Shown: positions 35,962 to 39,326 of the stretch, one piece after another
How positions within the stretch are numbered: position 1 is the stretch's first letter
Layout of the letters: each line of letters starts with the position of its first letter
Assembly: GCA_963840855.1 (NCBI GenBank)
Contig: CAWJBB010000026.1
Location: 1-39,326 of the forward strand
Direction: 5' to 3'
DNA from: an uncultured delta proteobacterium
GTDB taxonomy: Bacteria; Desulfobacterota; Binatia; UBA9968
Length of the DNA: 39,326 nt
Notes under the pieces: generated by a model
What the model saw: the letters and a program-made list of their open reading frames with translations, nothing else
The model's database searches: none
Told to the model about the DNA's origin: nothing
Translations under genes and position numbers: made by a program

Positions 35962-37782
35962 ATGATCCCCTTATCCGAAAAGTGGCGCCAGGTGCGCCAG
36001 TCGTTCACTCATACGCCGCAAGCCGTGCGCTTCGTCTGGCGCACCAATCGCTGGGCGACTGTGGGTTTGGGTTTACTCACTCTCGGCGGCGCGCTCTTGC
36101 CGGCGACGCAAGCCTGGGTGGGAAAGCTCATCGTCGACGGCGTCGTCGCTTCGGTCCAGAGCGGGCAAGATGCCGAGCAAGTGAAAGACGTTTTCTTTTA
36201 CTTGATCCTGGAGCTGGCGCTTTTCCTGCTCAGCGCGGCGTTCAATCACGGACGTCGGCTGATTCAACAATTGATCCAGCTCCAGCTCGCCAACCGCATC
36301 CGCGCCGAGATCATCCGCAAAGCACTGACCTTGGAACTGGCTTACTTTGAGGATCCCGATTTTTACGACCGTTTGCAAAATGCGCGGCGCGAGGGCGGCT
36401 ACAAGCCCGTGGAACTGGTCAATGACACATTCTTGATCGTGCAGAACATGATCACCCTGATCTCCTTCGCTCTGTTGATGCTGCGCTTCAGCCCGTGGCT
36501 GGTGGTGATTCTTTTGGCGACAAGCATTCCCGCGTTTATCGCCGAAACCCGCTACTCGGAACGCGGCTTTCGCCTGCTCACTCGGCGAGCGCCGGAAACG
36601 CGACAGGTCAACTATCTCTCCCGGCTCCTGACCGAAGACACCGCGGTCAAAGAAATCAAACTTTTCAATCTCGGCGCCGCCTTGCTCAAACGCTACACGA
36701 CTTTGTTCGACAAGTTCTTTCAGGAAGACAAAACACTCGCGTTACGCAGGGCGGCGGCGGGATTCGGCCTCGGACTCATCGCGACACTGGGTTTTTACGG
36801 GTCCTACGCCTGGATCGTCTGGCATACAGTGCAGGGCAAAATCTCACTGGGCGACATGACGCTCTACCTGGCGATTTTCCGCCAGGGGCAAACGACGTTT
36901 CAATCGATTCTCTCGGCCGTTGGCAATATTTACGAGAACAGTCTGTTCATGACCAACTTTTTCGATTTTCTCGGCCTCGAGCCGCGGATGAAAATTGCCA
37001 GCCAACAGCGAAAGCTATCGCTGCCTCTGCGCGGCGGCATTGAGTTCCGCGGCGTCGGCTTTCGCTACCCCGGAAACGATGAATGGGCGTTGCGTGGCGT
37101 CGATCTCACCATACGACCTGGCGAAAAGGTCGCGCTGGTGGGCCACAACGGCGCCGGCAAAACGACTCTTATCAAACTCCTGAGCCGGCTTTACGATCCC
37201 ACCGAAGGTAGCATTCTGATCGACGGCATCGATATCCGCGACTTGGAGCCGTTGGAATTGCAGCAACGAATCGGCGTGATCTTTCAAGACTTCGTGCGCT
37301 ATCACTTGCCGGTCCGAGAAAACATCGGTTTTGGCCAGATCAATGCGATGGACGACCTGGAACGCATCGCCGCGGCGGCCCGCAAAAGCGGCGCTGACGC
37401 GCTGATTGAAGATCTCCCGGCCGGTTACGACACGATGCTCGGGCGCTGGTTTAGCGACGGCCATGAACTCTCCCTCGGCCAGTGGCAGAAGATCGCGCTG
37501 GCGCGCGCCTTCATGCGCGAGGCGGAAATACTGGTGTTGGATGAACCAACGGCCTCCGTCGATGCGCAAACCGAATACGAAATATTCCAACACTTCAAAG
37601 AGCTCACCGACGGGAAAATGGCTATCCTTATTTCCCATCGTTTCTCGACGGTAAGGATGGCCGACCGCATCGCGGTTATCCTGGAAGGCCGCATCACCGA
37701 GCTCGGCACCCATGAAGAACTGCTGCGCCGCGAAGGCACCTATGCAAAGCTCTTCAGCATGCAAGCGGAAGGGTATAAATAA
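35962..37782 (+). CDS. ABC transporter fused permease/ATP-binding protein (exporter type)
   Basis: TM helices, GHNGAGKTT, LSLGQWQKIALARA, LVLDEPT and ISHRFSTV. Confidence 0.93.
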   Translation: MIPLSEKWRQVRQSFTHTPQAVRFVWRTNRWATVGLGLLTLGGALLPATQAWVGKLIVDGVVASVQSGQDAEQVKDVFFYLILELALFLLSAAFNHGRRLIQQLIQLQLANRIRAEIIRKALTLELAYFEDPDFYDRLQNARREGGYKPVELVNDTFLIVQNMITLISFALLMLRFSPWLVVILLATSIPAFIAETRYSERGFRLLTRRAPETRQVNYLSRLLTEDTAVKEIKLFNLGAALLKRYTTLFDKFFQEDKTLALRRAAAGFGLGLIATLGFYGSYAWIVWHTVQGKISLGDMTLYLAIFRQGQTTFQSILSAVGNIYENSLFMTNFFDFLGLEPRMKIASQQRKLSLPLRGGIEFRGVGFRYPGNDEWALRGVDLTIRPGEKVALVGHNGAGKTTLIKLLSRLYDPTEGSILIDGIDIRDLEPLELQQRIGVIFQDFVRYHLPVRENIGFGQINAMDDLERIAAAARKSGADALIEDLPAGYDTMLGRWFSDGHELSLGQWQKIALARAFMREAEILVLDEPTASVDAQTEYEIFQHFKELTDGKMAILISHRFSTVRMADRIAVILEGRITELGTHEELLRREGTYAKLFSMQAEGYK

Positions 37783-37789
37783 ACTTTCG

Positions 37790-37861
37790 GTTCAAGGTTC
37801 AACGTTCAAAGTTCAACGTCCTCTCCCCCCCACCTTGAACCTTAAACCTTGAACTTTGAAC
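37790..37861. repeat. Heptamer-tandem palindromic repeat between convergent genes
   Basis: (GTTCAAN)x4, a C-rich spacer, then (YTTRAAC)x4. Confidence 0.88.
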
Positions 37862-37880
37862 CGCATACGCTGCGCGGCTG

Positions 37881-38870
37881 TCATTGGCTCGCCCCTTTGA
37901 TCTCAAACTCCTTGCGCACTTCTTCCACCCACCGAAGCTCGAAAAAGTTGTCCGCGGCCAAGGGCTTGTCGAGTTTCATGGGAATCCGCAGCTCGTATTC
38001 AAGAATATTTTTGATTCCCTCCGCCGATGGGGTTCCCGGGGTGCCTTGAGGAAAAGCGCGAACATAACTTCGAATGGCTTCAGCCAACATGGGTTTGGTG
38101 ATGTTTTTGATGCGCAGCCGTCGCATGGCGATGTCGGCGGCATCGTCAGGCCGTTCGCGGACGAATAATAGCGACCGGACCATCGCTCTGATCCATCTTT
38201 TGACCTGCGCGGAGTTTTCCGAGAGCTTCTGTTGAGTCGTGACGTAGCCTTGAAAAGGCAGAGGAAACATATCGCCCAGGTAGGCCAGCTTCCGCAAACC
38301 TTCCCGTTCCGCCGCGACAGTCGCAGCCGGGTCAAGCACTGCGGCTGCGACCGAACCGCTCTTGAGCCCCAGGATTTTATCGCCGATGCTCGTCCCCACC
38401 GAAATCTTGGTCACATCTTTGACCGAAAGGCCAGCGCGTTCGACGAACAATGTGGTAAAGCGGTCTTCGCTGTCACCAATGAGCGCAACCGCGATCTTTT
38501 TCCCTTTGAGGTCGGAGGCCTGAGTGATGCTGGGGTGGACGACCAAATACCAGGTGGGTTTTTCGGTTTGATACAAGATCGCTTTCAGCGGCGCGCCCCT
38601 GACCGCCGCGCGAAGGCCGCTGCCGCCGGCGCCGCTATAATCGACGTCGCCGCTCACCAGGGCCGCAATCCCGGCGGGACCGCCTATGACAATGGTTTCG
38701 TTCTCAAGCCCTTCGTCACGGAAAAACTTGCGATCCTCGGCGCTAAACACCGTGAGATAATTCAGATTCAATCCAGGAACAGCGGTACGGATTTTTTCCC
38801 CGCGCGCGGATGACGCGATAAGACCCGCCAAGAGAAGAACTGCAAGAAAGTAACGTCGCGTGGCAATCAT
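37881..38870 (-). CDS. ABC transporter substrate-binding protein (NMT1/SsuA-like)
   Basis: Signal peptide, ALVSGDVDY and DLKGKKIAV. ATG 38870 follows GGAGG. Confidence 0.87.
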   Translation of the reverse strand: MIATRRYFLAVLLLAGLIASSARGEKIRTAVPGLNLNYLTVFSAEDRKFFRDEGLENETIVIGGPAGIAALVSGDVDYSGAGGSGLRAAVRGAPLKAILYQTEKPTWYLVVHPSITQASDLKGKKIAVALIGDSEDRFTTLFVERAGLSVKDVTKISVGTSIGDKILGLKSGSVAAAVLDPAATVAAEREGLRKLAYLGDMFPLPFQGYVTTQQKLSENSAQVKRWIRAMVRSLLFVRERPDDAADIAMRRLRIKNITKPMLAEAIRSYVRAFPQGTPGTPSAEGIKNILEYELRIPMKLDKPLAADNFFELRWVEEVRKEFEIKGASQ

Positions 38871-39212
38871 CGGACCTCCCAGGCCTTGCAAAACGACAAC
38901 CGGCGCGATAAGAAATCGCAACGTGGAAATGACCGCATAGCAGATTCGGCGAAACGTACTACTAGAAAGACGCTCCAAATTAGGTCAGGGGTCTCCGCGC
39001 TGTCAAGGCGAAGACCAAAGGGTGCGGGAATATTTTACCTACACCGCGTAACTTCTTCACCTCCGCGCTTTGCCGGTCGTTGTCTGGGACTTTAAGATCC
39101 AGCTCTTTTGAGTTTCCTTCAACTCAGCTAAGCCAAGGAAAAATCGTGAAACCTTACCCCAGGCGCCGGCTTTCCGCGAACCCCCGAAAGCTCCCGCGCG
39201 AAGTTCTAAATT

Positions 39213-39229
39213 TCGGCATGGCTTTTGCG
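39213..39229 (+). promoter_or_regulatory. Putative sigma-54 (-24/-12) promoter
   Basis: TCGGCATGGCTTTTGC has GG-N10-GC spacing. It lies ~60 nt upstream of GGAGGAG-ATG (39291). Confidence 0.6.
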
Positions 39230-39290
39230 CTGGACAATTATTTTTATCCGCCCGCCAGCACAATCAAATTTTCTTTTGGGAGGAGATCCA

Positions 39291-39326
39291 ATGAGTATCT
39301 GGAAGGAATTGACCAATCCGACGACC
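39291..39326 (+). CDS. Start of a gene truncated by the window edge (MSIWKELTNPTT...)
   Basis: ATG preceded by GGGAGGAG. Too short to assign a product. Confidence 0.55.
   Translation, partial: MSIWKELTNPTT

Noticed and set aside
1-39326. rRNA, tRNA, CRISPR-cas or prophage genes
   Set aside because: No recognisable signatures were seen by eye. A covariance-model search was not possible, so small ncRNAs cannot be excluded.

Overview
Bacterial chromosomal region of moderate-high GC. Many orphan NMT1/SsuA-type solute-binding proteins, aromatic/redox catabolic enzymes and heptamer-palindrome repeats suggest Candidatus Binatia or a similar Deltaproteobacteria-like lineage (inference only). The core is a ~10.2 kb integron gene-cassette array (9528-19773) with an attI-like start, nine attC sites and no integrase gene in the window. 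Its cassettes, in order: a small protein plus retropepsin-like aspartic protease pair; a DUF2442/DUF4160 toxin-antitoxin pair; an intradiol dioxygenase; a secreted creatininase-family protein; an exact second copy of the TA cassette whose antitoxin is split by a complete IS21 element (7-bp target duplication); a TIR-domain protein; a GFA protein; a nuclease-like unknown; and DUF4238. A decayed, oppositely oriented cassette relic lies at ~3270-4470. The flanks carry two tandem cyclase-fold proteins lacking the canonical metal site, MOSC, dienelactone hydrolase, a gentisate-type cupin dioxygenase, a TPP enzyme, an LLM monooxygenase coupled to a FixL-type PAS hybrid kinase, a divergent PQQ dehydrogenase, a VOC protein, an amidohydrolase, an ABC exporter and several REP/MITE families. 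Several single-base frameshifts are probably assembly errors. No rRNA, tRNA or CRISPR array was seen.
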